Part shown: piece after piece, positions 18,859 through 28,744 of the stretch
Position numbering within the stretch: the stretch's first letter is position 1
Layout of the letters: the number at the start of each line of letters is the position of its first letter
From: Ruminococcaceae bacterium UBA7067
GTDB lineage: Bacteria > Bacillota > Clostridia > Oscillospirales > Acutalibacteraceae
Assembly (NCBI GenBank): GCA_002493755.1
Contig: DKZT01000024.1
Location: forward strand, 698 to 47,372
DNA: 46,675 bases
Direction: 5' to 3'
Made by a program: the position numbers and the translations under genes
Notes under the pieces: model-generated
What the model was told of the DNA's origin: nothing
Databases searched by the model: none
What the model saw: only the letters and a program-made list of their open reading frames with translations

Positions 18859-18933
18859 GGTACAAGTTAGCAGTTTAAAGCATTAAAATATAAAGTGTTT
18901 TACTGACAAAACAAAATTCAGGAGGTTAAATCA

Positions 18934-20310
18934 ATGGAAGAGAAGAAAATCCCATACAAGATTTATCTTGACGAAAAAGAGATTCCGACAAAATGGTATA
19001 ATGTCAGAGCTGATATGAAAAACAAGCCTGCTCCACTGCTCAATCCCGCAACACTTGAGCCGATGAAGGCTGAGGAGCTTTATCCGGTATTCTGCGAGGA
19101 GCTTGTTGCTCAGGAGCTTAACGACACCGACGCATACATTGATATTCCCGAGGAAATTCAGAATTTTTATAAAATGTACCGTCCGTCTCCGCTTGTCAGA
19201 GCATATTTCCTTGAAAAAGCCTTGGACACACCTGCAAAGATATACTACAAATTTGAAGGCAACAATACCAGCGGAAGCCACAAGCTTAACAGCGCAATAG
19301 CTCAGGCATATTACGCTAAAAAGCAGGGGCTGAAGGGTGTTACAACCGAAACAGGCGCAGGTCAGTGGGGTACCGCGCTTTCAATGGCTTGTTCTTACTT
19401 TGGTCTTGACTGCAAGGTATATATGGTTAAGGTGTCCTATGAACAAAAGCCTTTCAGAAGAGAGGTTATGAGAACCTACGGAGCAAGCGTTACACCGTCG
19501 CCTTCAACATCCACAACCGTTGGAAGAAAGATTTTAGAGGCACATCCCGGTACAACAGGAAGCCTTGGTTGTGCTATTTCCGAGGCTGTTGAGGCTGCAA
19601 CCTCAACAGAGGGCTATCGCTATGTTTTGGGAAGCGTGTTAAATCAGGTGTTGCTTCACCAGTCGGTTATCGGTCTTGAGGCAAAGGCTGCTATGGATAA
19701 ATACGGAATCAAGCCCGATATTATCATCGGCTGTGCCGGAGGCGGCTCCAACCTGGGAGGACTTATCGCTCCGTTTATGGGAGAGAAGCTCAGAGGCGAG
19801 GCTGACTATCGCATTATTGCCGTTGAGCCTGCTTCCTGTCCGAGCTTCACAAGAGGTAAGTATGCTTATGACTTCTGCGACACCGGAATGGTTTGCCCTC
19901 TTGCTAAGATGTATACCCTCGGCAGCGGATTTATTCCTTCTGCTAACCACGCAGGCGGACTGCGTTATCACGGAATGAGCTCTACACTTTCTCAGCTATA
20001 TGATGACGGACTTATGGAGGCAACATCGGTTGAGCAGACCTCAGTTTTTGCTGCTGCTGAACAGTTTGCAAGAGTTGAGGGTATTTTACCTGCTCCCGAA
20101 AGCAGCCACGCTATCAGAGCTGCTATTGACGAGGCATTAAAATGTAAGGAAACAGGAGAGGAAAAAACAATTCTGTTCGGTCTTACAGGCACAGGATACT
20201 TTGATATGGCAGCATATCAAAAGTATAATGACGGCGAGATGAGCGACTACATTCCAACCGACGAAGATCTTGAAAAGGGATTTGCCGGACTCCCAAAGGT
20301 TGATAAATAA
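18934..20310 (+). CDS. trpB2: TrpB-like PLP-dependent enzyme (stand-alone TrpB2)
   Basis: SGSHKLNSA (PLP Lys), TETGAGQWG, GGGSN, HAGGLRYHG, PAPESSHA. Confidence 0.95.
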   Translation: MEEKKIPYKIYLDEKEIPTKWYNVRADMKNKPAPLLNPATLEPMKAEELYPVFCEELVAQELNDTDAYIDIPEEIQNFYKMYRPSPLVRAYFLEKALDTPAKIYYKFEGNNTSGSHKLNSAIAQAYYAKKQGLKGVTTETGAGQWGTALSMACSYFGLDCKVYMVKVSYEQKPFRREVMRTYGASVTPSPSTSTTVGRKILEAHPGTTGSLGCAISEAVEAATSTEGYRYVLGSVLNQVLLHQSVIGLEAKAAMDKYGIKPDIIIGCAGGGSNLGGLIAPFMGEKLRGEADYRIIAVEPASCPSFTRGKYAYDFCDTGMVCPLAKMYTLGSGFIPSANHAGGLRYHGMSSTLSQLYDDGLMEATSVEQTSVFAAAEQFARVEGILPAPESSHAIRAAIDEALKCKETGEEKTILFGLTGTGYFDMAAYQKYNDGEMSDYIPTDEDLEKGFAGLPKVDK

Positions 20311-20448
20311 TATTTCTGACCTAATGCATTTATCAGAGAATTTATGGGCTTGATTGTAAGTCAGAAGAAAAAATAATTGTTCTTGCTGCTGTGACATTGC
20401 TGATTATTGTCGGCACGGCATTGCTGACAGCATAATATATTTAATATT

Positions 20449-20579
20449 AATATCCTCGATATCCTAAAAAAATATACCGATGAAAACCACAGGCTCAGCC
20501 GAAAGAATATAATCGAGATGCCCGAGAAAGAATACTGTATGAAAATCGACAGAAAGTCGGTAAAGCGCAAGATGATGAA
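20449..20579 (+). pseudogene. Fragment of a second WYL regulator gene (about codons 13-56)
   Basis: Ungapped 119/131 identity (manual count) to 2436-2566. Confidence 0.92.
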
Positions 20580-20648
20580 ACCGATAATTGTCAAGTGAAA
20601 CGGCTATATCAGCAAAATTCTGCGGTTAATATTGTAGGAGGATTCTAT

Positions 20649-21672
20649 ATGGGACTGTTCGGCAATAATAATAACGACTTGTTCGGAGGTTTATTTGATT
20701 TCAACGGTGACGGAAAAACCAGCTGGGACGAAGAATATATTGCGTATAGGATTTTTGAGGAATGCACAAAGGACGACAATTCCTCGGGCGGCTCGTATGG
20801 TTCGTACGGTTCGGATTATTCAGGCAGTTATGGCAATTACAACAGGTATGAGTGGCGTGAAAGCTGCGAGGACGGTACGGAGTTTGGCGTTGACCCCGAG
20901 GATTACGAAACGGCGAAAGAATACTGGGAGGCACTGAGCGATAAATGCTTTTCCCAGTGTGCTTCTGATGAGCTGGACTCGGAAGACGGCTTTGAGGTGT
21001 CCGACGAGTGTCCCGATTATGATGAGCTTGATAAAATAAAGCAGGAGGATTACCCGAATAAGCGCAGGTACAATGCCGCCTGCACTCTGGCGGATATGTA
21101 TATGTGTTACGGCAGTGAGGAGTTTGAACGGTACGAAAAATCACGCTGTAAGTTTATACTGAAAAATGCCGACAGAATACTTGCGGCTGATTACTTATCA
21201 AATGACGGCAGCTTCCTGTATGCCCAGGCAATCAAGGATAACTTTAAATTGCCCTGCTCACTGCCCGACGAGGACGAGAAAAGCGAAATGTGGCTTCCGC
21301 AGATATTATGCAAAATTGCAAAGCAGAATCCTTGAATCAACGCAAAAAGAGCGTGAAAGAAAGCATAATGAAAAAGAGAATGACAGTAGGGAGCAAAAAA
21401 GGAAATCAGAGGACATTGCAAACGACAAAAACATATACACCTACTGCGGAGTGCTGCTTGCGTTTTCTTCACAGCCTTATTATTTCCTGACAGATGATGA
21501 CACGATACAAATCGGCGATACGGTTGTCGTGCCTGTCAGGGAAAAATCAAACGAGCTGAAAGGCACTGTTGTGTCGGTCGGCAAATACACACGCATTGCC
21601 GTTCCGTATCCGCTTGAAAAAACAAAGAAAATAATCGGAAAAGCCGAACAGCAAGCTAACGGTGAGGCGTAG
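20649..21672 (+). pseudogene. Acidic hypothetical protein with EF-hand-like N-terminus; frameshift/deletion near 21330
   Basis: RBS AGGAGG; DFNGDGKTSWDE loop; C-terminal YCGV..YYFLTDDDTIQIGDTVVVP segment is in another frame. Confidence 0.65.
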
Positions 21673-21759
21673 TATGAATTAAGCCGAATTGAGAGATGAA
21701 CAGCTCCCGATGGACGAAGTCTTGTTTCCGGCTCTGCTATGAGATATTGAGGAGATTGT

Positions 21760-22533
21760 ATGAGATATTATGTAACAGCTGATATACACGGTTTTTTTGA
21801 CGAATTTAAGACTGCTCTGGCGGAAAAAGGTTTTTTCGCAGATACTGAACCACACAAGCTGGTTATCTGCGGAGATATTTTCGACAGAGGCTCACAGGCA
21901 CTGGAACTTCAAAACTTCATACTTGACTTGCTTGATAAGGATGAGGTTATCCTCATCAGGGGCAATCACGAAGATCTTGCATTGGAGCTTCTGAACCGGT
22001 GGCAAAGAGGCAGCTATCTGCAGTATCATCACTATACTAACGGAACGATTGACACAGTGTGTCAGCTTACAGGCTCGACTCCTAAAGACCTGAGTTGCAC
22101 ACCGGACGAAGTCGGGAGAAGTTTTTTGAAGAATCCATACATACAAAAAGTTATTCCGTCTATGCTTGACTATTATGAAACTCCTAATTATATTTTCGTT
22201 CACGGTTGGATACCGTGTACTGTCATCAGCTCCGAATCAAATATGAACGAATATGTGTTTATTGAAAACTGGCGTGCGGAAAATGAACAAGCGTGGGATA
22301 GGGCTCGGTGGATAAACGGTATGGCTGCGGCTCACGGAGGTGTTGTAGAGAAAGGCAAGACAATCGTATGCGGTCACTGGCACTGCTCTTTCGGCCATGC
22401 CAATTACGAAGGAAAAGGCGGAGAATTTGATAATGACCCGGATTTTTCTCCTTATTTTGGTGACGGAATTATTGCACTTGATGCCTGCACTGCCGTTTCA
22501 AAAAGAGTAAACTGTATCATAATCGAAGATTGA
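21760..22533 (+). CDS. Calcineurin-like metallophosphoesterase
   Basis: ADIHG, GDIFDRG, GNHE, FVHG, GHWH. Confidence 0.93.
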   Translation: MRYYVTADIHGFFDEFKTALAEKGFFADTEPHKLVICGDIFDRGSQALELQNFILDLLDKDEVILIRGNHEDLALELLNRWQRGSYLQYHHYTNGTIDTVCQLTGSTPKDLSCTPDEVGRSFLKNPYIQKVIPSMLDYYETPNYIFVHGWIPCTVISSESNMNEYVFIENWRAENEQAWDRARWINGMAAAHGGVVEKGKTIVCGHWHCSFGHANYEGKGGEFDNDPDFSPYFGDGIIALDACTAVSKRVNCIIIED

Positions 22534-22563
22534 CGGTCTTTTGGAAACATTATTTAATTTTTG

Positions 22564-22622
22564 AGCGCAAGTTAAGAGCACCGGTTTAACCGGTTGCCTT
22601 GGCTTGCGCTTGCAATTTTTTT
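22564..22622 (+). terminator. Long hairpin terminator
   Basis: agcgcaagttaag..accggt/accggt..cttggcttgcgct then T tract. Confidence 0.65.
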
Positions 22623-22671
22623 CTGTGCGAGATTTATATACATAAAGAAAAATAGGAAATCAATATATCGG

Positions 22672-22720
22672 AAAGCCGAGCGTTTTTATTGCGCAGAAAA
22701 GCCGAGCGTTTTTATTGCGC
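22672..22720 (+). repeat. 23-bp direct repeat, two copies
   Basis: aaagccgagcgtttttattgcgc at 22672-22694 and 22698-22720. Confidence 0.9.
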
Positions 22721-22808
22721 TGCATATTGAATTTGAAAGCGGATTTGATATAATTAGTTTTATGAATAAGGAATAGAAAAATCGAAATTCATAAAGGAGC
22801 AATGAAAA

Positions 22809-23264
22809 ATGTTAGAAACAGGAACAAAAGCACCGGACTTTACGCTTCCGGATCAGAACGGAGAAAACCACAGCCTTAGCGATTATCGGGGAAAGAAGGT
22901 TATACTGTATTTCTACCCGAAGGACAATACATCGGGCTGCACAAAGCAAGCCTGCGGATACAGTGCGTTGCTGCCGCAGATTGAAGAAAAGGGAGCAGTG
23001 GTGCTTGGTATCAGCAAGGATTCCGTTGCAAGCCATAAGAGATTTGAAGAAAAGCAGAATCTGTCCATCACAATTCTCTCCGATACACAGCGCAGTGTAA
23101 TTGAAGCCTATGACGTTTGGAAAGAGAAAAAGACCTGCGGCAAGGTTTCTATGGGCGTGGTTCGTACAACCTATCTCATTGATGAGGACGGCGTGATTAT
23201 TATGGCTAATGACAAGGTGAAAGCCGCCGATGACCCGGAGAAAATGCTGGGTGTGCTGGTATGA
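22809..23264 (+). CDS. bcp: Peroxiredoxin BCP/PrxQ
   Basis: FYPKDNTSGCTKQAC; RTTYLIDE. Confidence 0.93.
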   Translation: MLETGTKAPDFTLPDQNGENHSLSDYRGKKVILYFYPKDNTSGCTKQACGYSALLPQIEEKGAVVLGISKDSVASHKRFEEKQNLSITILSDTQRSVIEAYDVWKEKKTCGKVSMGVVRTTYLIDEDGVIIMANDKVKAADDPEKMLGVLV

Positions 23265-24007
23265 GGATTATCCTGTCGCCGGCAAAGAAAATGAAAACAG
23301 ATACCGACAGCCTGCCGACAGAGGGTATGCCTGAGCTTCTGCCGAAAACAGAGGTCATTTTAGAATGGCTTCGCAGTAAGCCGTATAGGGAGCTTCAAGC
23401 CTTGTGGGGCTGTAACGACAAAATTGCACAGGAGAATTTCGACCGTCTGCAAGGTATGAACCTGAGGTCAAATCTTACGCCTGCAATCCTTTCCTATGAG
23501 GGAATCGCCTATCAGTATATGGCTCCGTCTGTATTTGAGGTAAAGCATTTTGCATACATTCAGGCGCATCTGCGTATTCTGTCGGCATTTTACGGGTGCT
23601 TGAAGCCTATGGACGGCGTTGCGCCGTACCGACTGGAAATGCAGGCAAAAGCGCAGATTGCAGGGTGCAAAAATCTCTACGATTTCTGGGGCGGCGATCT
23701 GTATAAAGGCGTTCGTGATGAAAGCGGCGTGATAGTTAATCTGGCGTCAAAGGAATACTCGAAATGCATAGAAAAGTATCTTAAGCCGACGGATCATTTT
23801 CTTACAGTCACATTCTGCGAAGAATCAAAGGGCAAGCTTGTGACAAAAGGCACCTATGCCAAAATGGCAAGAGGCGAGATGGTGCGGTTTATGGCTGAGA
23901 ATTCAGTGCAGGAGGTTGAGGGAATAAAGTCATTCGACTGCCTTGGGTATGCATTTCGCGAGGATATTTCCACAGATACGGAATATGTCTTTGAGCGCAA
24001 GGTGTGA
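23261..24007 (+). CDS. yaaA: Peroxide stress protein YaaA (DUF328)
   Basis: ILSPAKKM, ILSAFYG, PYRLEM, NLASKEY, KMARGEM; ATGA overlap with bcp. Confidence 0.93.
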   Translation: MRIILSPAKKMKTDTDSLPTEGMPELLPKTEVILEWLRSKPYRELQALWGCNDKIAQENFDRLQGMNLRSNLTPAILSYEGIAYQYMAPSVFEVKHFAYIQAHLRILSAFYGCLKPMDGVAPYRLEMQAKAQIAGCKNLYDFWGGDLYKGVRDESGVIVNLASKEYSKCIEKYLKPTDHFLTVTFCEESKGKLVTKGTYAKMARGEMVRFMAENSVQEVEGIKSFDCLGYAFREDISTDTEYVFERKV

Positions 24008-24109
24008 TGACAGATTTCGGGGAGGAGAATGTGCTTTCTCTTTATTCAATCTGCGGTAAAAATTTCAATATTTTACGCGAAATTTCTTTATTTTCTACAC
24101 GAAAAATAA

Positions 24110-24138
24110 TTGAATATTGTCGAACGGTGTAGTATAAT
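24110..24138 (+). promoter_or_regulatory. sigmaA promoter of the xpt operon
   Basis: TTGAAT, 17 bp, TATAAT. Confidence 0.7.
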
Positions 24139-24178
24139 AATTCTATATTTTTATTTCAATACAGAGGATGCAGATATT

Positions 24179-24751
24179 ATGAAGCTTTTAGAGGATAAAA
24201 TACTCAAGGACGGGCATATCGGTAAGGGCAATGTATTAAAGGTTGACAGCTTTTTAAACCATCAGATTGACACCGCTTTTATTGCTGAATTAGGCAAGGA
24301 GTTTTACAGGCTCTATAAAGATGAAAATATCACAAAAATCCTCACTATTGAAGCTTCGGGAATAGGTGTTGCCTGCTTAACTGCGCAATACTTTAATGTC
24401 CCTGTTGTGTTTGCGAAGAAAACACCGACAATAAATATTTATGCTGATATTTATACCTCAAAGGTGTATTCGTTCACTCACAAAAAAGATTACGATATTT
24501 ATGTATCGAAGCAGTTTATCAATAAAGATGACCGTATTCTTATTATTGACGACTTCCTTGCAAAGGGCAGTGCATTATCTGCCTTGATTAATCTTATTAA
24601 TGACGCAGGCGCACAGACGGTGGGCGCGGGCATCGTTATTGAAAAGGCTTTTCAGGAGGGCGGAAAATTAATTCGTGATTCGGGAATCAGAGTTGAATCG
24701 TTAGCGATAATTAAGGAAATGGCCGAGGAAAACGGTATTGTTTTCGGATGA
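24179..24751 (+). CDS. xpt: Xanthine phosphoribosyltransferase
   Basis: LKVDSFLNHQID, TIEASGI, IIDDFLA; ATG 24179 with RBS GAGG. Confidence 0.95.
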   Translation: MKLLEDKILKDGHIGKGNVLKVDSFLNHQIDTAFIAELGKEFYRLYKDENITKILTIEASGIGVACLTAQYFNVPVVFAKKTPTINIYADIYTSKVYSFTHKKDYDIYVSKQFINKDDRILIIDDFLAKGSALSALINLINDAGAQTVGAGIVIEKAFQEGGKLIRDSGIRVESLAIIKEMAEENGIVFG

Positions 24752-24806
24752 TAATCTGTAATCGGAGAGCATAGCTCTTTGACATATTTTTGAGGAGGAC
24801 TTAGAA

Positions 24807-26027
24807 ATGTTCAAAAAATTACTATCAATTACACTGGCTGCACTAATGGTGCTATCACTTGCTGTTGTATTCACAGGCTGCGGTTCTGAAAATAATTCAG
24901 TTGCCGGCTCAAGCTCAAGCGGAGCTAAAGACAGCCTCAAGTTCGGTTTCATCTATCTGCACGATGAAAACTCAACATACGACAACAACTTCTTGACAGC
25001 AGCCAAGGAAGCCTGCGAGAAGATGGGCGTTGAAATGATCAACAAGACAAACATTGACGAAAGCGACGCTTGTAAAGAGGCTGCGCTCGATTTGGTTGAT
25101 CAGGGCTGCGACATCATATTTGCAGACAGCTTCGGCCACGAGGACTTTATGATTGAGGCTGCAAAGGCTAATCCTGATGTTCAGTTCCTGCACGCTACCG
25201 GTACAAAGGCTCACACAGAGAAGCTTGCTAACTTCCACAACGCTTTTGCTTCTATCTATGAGGGCCGTTACCTTGCAGGTATTGCAGCAGGTATGAAAAT
25301 CAACGAAATGATTGAGGCAGGCAAAATCACAAAGGACGAAGCTAAGATGGGTTATGTCGGCGCTCACCCGTATGCTGAGGTTAAATCAGGCTACACATCA
25401 TTCTATCTCGGAGCAAAGTCAGTTTGCCCGACTGTTACTATGGAAGTAAAATTCACAGGCTCATGGTATGACGAAACCCTCGAAAAAGAGGCTGCAAACA
25501 AGCTTATTGCCGATGGTTGTGTTCTTATCAGCCAGCACGCTGACTCAATGGGCGCTCCGACAGCTTGCGAGGCTGCCGGCGTTCCGAATGTTTCCTACAA
25601 CGGCTCAACCGTTAAGGCTTGCCCGAATACCTTTATCGTTTCTTCAAAAATCAACTGGGCACCGTACTTCGAGTATGCTATCAACTGCGTAAAGGAAGGC
25701 AAGGCTATTGACGCAGACTGGACAGGCACAGTTGCTACCGGCTCGGTTCAGCTTACAGAAGTAAACGAAAAGGCTGCTGCTAAGGGTACTCAGGAGGCTA
25801 TTGACGCTGCAAAGGCTGATTTAGAGTCAGGCAAGATCAAGGTGTTTGATACTGCTAACTTCACAGCTAAGGGCGCAACCTTAGATTCATATATGGCTGA
25901 TGTTGATTCAGATCCTGAATTCAAGGGCGACACAGAGGTTATCAAGGACGGCGTATTTGAGGAGTCAAAATACCGTTCAGCTCCATACTTTGACATTGAT
26001 ATCGACGGAATTTCTGTTATCGAATAA
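24807..26027 (+). CDS. BMP-family ABC transporter substrate-binding lipoprotein (purine nucleoside)
   Basis: Lipobox FTGC; YEGRYLAGIAAG; SQHADS; adjacent to xpt. Confidence 0.92.
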   Translation: MFKKLLSITLAALMVLSLAVVFTGCGSENNSVAGSSSSGAKDSLKFGFIYLHDENSTYDNNFLTAAKEACEKMGVEMINKTNIDESDACKEAALDLVDQGCDIIFADSFGHEDFMIEAAKANPDVQFLHATGTKAHTEKLANFHNAFASIYEGRYLAGIAAGMKINEMIEAGKITKDEAKMGYVGAHPYAEVKSGYTSFYLGAKSVCPTVTMEVKFTGSWYDETLEKEAANKLIADGCVLISQHADSMGAPTACEAAGVPNVSYNGSTVKACPNTFIVSSKINWAPYFEYAINCVKEGKAIDADWTGTVATGSVQLTEVNEKAAAKGTQEAIDAAKADLESGKIKVFDTANFTAKGATLDSYMADVDSDPEFKGDTEVIKDGVFEESKYRSAPYFDIDIDGISVIE

Positions 26028-26108
26028 GCTCGGGTATCAGGTCACTACACAAAATGATTATTCCGTGACTGTTTAATAACGGCCACGGATAGTTTTTTAG
26101 GAGGCATT

Positions 26109-27647
26109 ATGGCTGAAGCTTTGGCATTAGAATTAAAAGGTATAACCAAAACCTTTGGCAGTGTTGTTGCGAACAAGGATGTTGACCTGAAGGTGTATAA
26201 GGGAGAGATTCTTTCTATACTCGGAGAAAACGGCTCGGGCAAGACAACACTTATGAATATGGTATCCGGTATTTATTACCCTGATTCAGGCGAGATTTTA
26301 GTTGACGGCAGGAATGTCATTATCAGCTCGCCAAAGGATGCGTTCGCATATAAAATCGGAATGATACACCAGCATTTTAAGCTTGTTGATGTCTTTACCG
26401 CTACACAGAATATTGTTCTCGGCATTAAAGACGGAAAGTTCAATATTAAGGCTGCTGAAAAGAAAGTGCGGGAAATTACAGACAAGTACGGCTTTAACAT
26501 TGACCTAAACAAAAAGATTTATGAAATGTCTGTATCTGAAAAGCAGACCGTAGAGATAATTAAGGTGCTTTACAGAGGGGCAGACATACTCATTCTTGAC
26601 GAGCCTACTGCCGTGCTTACACCGCAGGAAACACAAAAGCTGTTCAACATACTGCGCAAGATGAAGCAGGACGGAAAGTCGATTATTATAATCACTCATA
26701 AGCTCCACGAGGTGCTTGAAATTTCCGACAGAGTTACCATATTGAGAAAGGGTATGTATGTCGGCACTGTCGATACAAAGGACGCAACGGAGCAGTCACT
26801 TACCGAAATGATGATGGGCGAGAAGGTCGAGCTTAACATCACAAGGGAGGAGCCGAAAGCCCCGATTGAAAGGCTTGTTGTGGATAACCTTACCGTTATA
26901 AAAGGCGACGGTACCGTAGCTCTTGATAATATTCATTTCAACGCATACGGCGGAGAGATTCTCGGCGTTGCCGGAATTTCGGGCTGCGGTCAGAAGGAGC
27001 TTCTGGAGTCTATTGCAGGACTTCAGGTTACCACAAAGAAGTCAAGTATTCTGTATAAGCCCGATGATTTAGGACCTCAGCAGCTTGTCGGAAAAACCCC
27101 GAAGGAAATCAGAAAGCTCGGCGTTGCTCTTTCCTTTGTGCCTGAGGACAGGCTCGGTATGGGTCTTGTGGGAGATATGGACATCATCGACAATATGATG
27201 CTGCGCTCCTACAAATCCAGCAGAGGTTATTTTCTTAACAGAAAGCAGCCGAGATCACTTGCAAACGAAATTATTGAAAACCTTGAGGTTGTTACTCCCG
27301 GCGCAACTACGCCTGTAAGGCGTTTATCCGGCGGTAACGTTCAGAAGGTGCTTGTCGGCAGAGAGATTTCCTCTGCGCCTAAGGTGCTGATGGTTGCCTA
27401 TCCGGTAAGAGGACTTGATATTAACTCATCATATACTATCTACAATCTCCTTTCGGAGCAAAAGAAAAACGGAGCGGCTATTATCTTTGTCGGAGAGGAT
27501 ATAGATGTACTGCTTGAGCTTTGCGACAGAATTATGGTTATGAACTCAGGCAGAATTACCGGTATTGTTGACGGCAGAACCGCAACAAAGGAAGAAATTG
27601 GTCTGCTTATGACAAAAAGCGTAGAAAGGGAGGAAAGCAATGAATAA
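26109..27647 (+). CDS. Nucleoside ABC transporter ATPase (two ABC domains)
   Basis: GENGSGKT, ILDEPT, LSGGNVQK. Confidence 0.93.
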   Translation: MAEALALELKGITKTFGSVVANKDVDLKVYKGEILSILGENGSGKTTLMNMVSGIYYPDSGEILVDGRNVIISSPKDAFAYKIGMIHQHFKLVDVFTATQNIVLGIKDGKFNIKAAEKKVREITDKYGFNIDLNKKIYEMSVSEKQTVEIIKVLYRGADILILDEPTAVLTPQETQKLFNILRKMKQDGKSIIIITHKLHEVLEISDRVTILRKGMYVGTVDTKDATEQSLTEMMMGEKVELNITREEPKAPIERLVVDNLTVIKGDGTVALDNIHFNAYGGEILGVAGISGCGQKELLESIAGLQVTTKKSSILYKPDDLGPQQLVGKTPKEIRKLGVALSFVPEDRLGMGLVGDMDIIDNMMLRSYKSSRGYFLNRKQPRSLANEIIENLEVVTPGATTPVRRLSGGNVQKVLVGREISSAPKVLMVAYPVRGLDINSSYTIYNLLSEQKKNGAAIIFVGEDIDVLLELCDRIMVMNSGRITGIVDGRTATKEEIGLLMTKSVEREESNE

Positions 27648-28743
27648 AACTAAAACTCACGAGCCTCTCTTTCATATAGCTAAGAGAGATTCGCTTCCCG
27701 TATATAAATCCTGGGCAATACGAGGTATGGCGATTCTTGCTGCACTGATTGTTGCAGGCGTTATTACAATGCTTTTAACGGGCGAAAACCCGATTCAGGT
27801 TTACGCAACAATGTTTAAGGGAGCGTTCGGAACAAGCAGACGTATCTGGAGTCTGCTTCAGAGTCTGGCTATGCTTTTGTGCGTTGCCTTAGCTGTTACT
27901 CCTGCCTTTAAGATGAGATTCTGGAATATCGGCGCAGAGGGACAGGTGCTTATCGGCGGTCTTGCAACAGCCGCTTGTATGATTACTCTTGGCAATAAAA
28001 TGCCGAATGCTCTTCTGATTCTTGTAATGATTGCCGCAAGTATGGCCGCTGCCGCTATCTGGGCACTTATTCCGGCATTCTTTAAGGCGAAATTCAATAC
28101 AAACGAAACATTGTTTACTCTTATGATGAACTATGTTGCCATTCAGCTTGTTTCATACTTTGAAAAGCTTTGGGAAAATCCAAAGGGCTCAAGCAATATC
28201 GGCATTATCAATCAATCCACCCACGCAGGCTGGCTGCCGACTATCGGCAAATTTGATTATCTGCTTAATATAATCGTGGTATTGGCTTTAGCCGTATTTA
28301 TGTATATTTACCTTAAATACAGTAAGCACGGCTATGAGCTTACTGTTGTCGGCGAAAGTGAAAACACGGCGAGATACATCGGACTGAATGTTAAGAAAGT
28401 AATTATGAGAACAATGATTTTGTCGGGTGCTATCTGCGGTATTGCAGGCTTGCTCCTTGTCGGAGGTACAAACCACACAATCACAACCACAACGGCAGGA
28501 GGCAGAGGCTTTACTGCTATTATGGTATCGTGGCTTGCGAAATTCAATCCGATTATTATGATTCTGACTGCTTTCCTGATTACTTTCCTGCAAGCCGGCG
28601 CAGGAGAAATCTCAACAGTATTCGGCTTGAACGAATCCTTCTCCGATATAATTACCGGCATTATTATTTTCTTTATTATCGGCTGTGAGTTCTTTATCAA
28701 TTACAAGCTTCATTTTCGCAGTTCACACAAGGAGGTAAAGTAA
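27640..28743 (+). CDS. ABC transporter permease (BPD_transp_2)
   Basis: WNIGAEGQ, TLMMNY, multiple TM segments. Confidence 0.9.
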   Translation: MNKTKTHEPLFHIAKRDSLPVYKSWAIRGMAILAALIVAGVITMLLTGENPIQVYATMFKGAFGTSRRIWSLLQSLAMLLCVALAVTPAFKMRFWNIGAEGQVLIGGLATAACMITLGNKMPNALLILVMIAASMAAAAIWALIPAFFKAKFNTNETLFTLMMNYVAIQLVSYFEKLWENPKGSSNIGIINQSTHAGWLPTIGKFDYLLNIIVVLALAVFMYIYLKYSKHGYELTVVGESENTARYIGLNVKKVIMRTMILSGAICGIAGLLLVGGTNHTITTTTAGGRGFTAIMVSWLAKFNPIIMILTAFLITFLQAGAGEISTVFGLNESFSDIITGIIIFFIIGCEFFINYKLHFRSSHKEVK

Positions 28744-28744
28744 T

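Noticed and set aside
24139-24178. Purine riboswitch upstream of xpt
   Set aside because: Only about 40 nt between the -10 and the start codon, with no aptamer motifs
26062-26089. Hairpin after the BMP lipoprotein gene as a novel RNA
   Set aside because: Ordinary intra-operon stem-loop typical after substrate-binding protein genes
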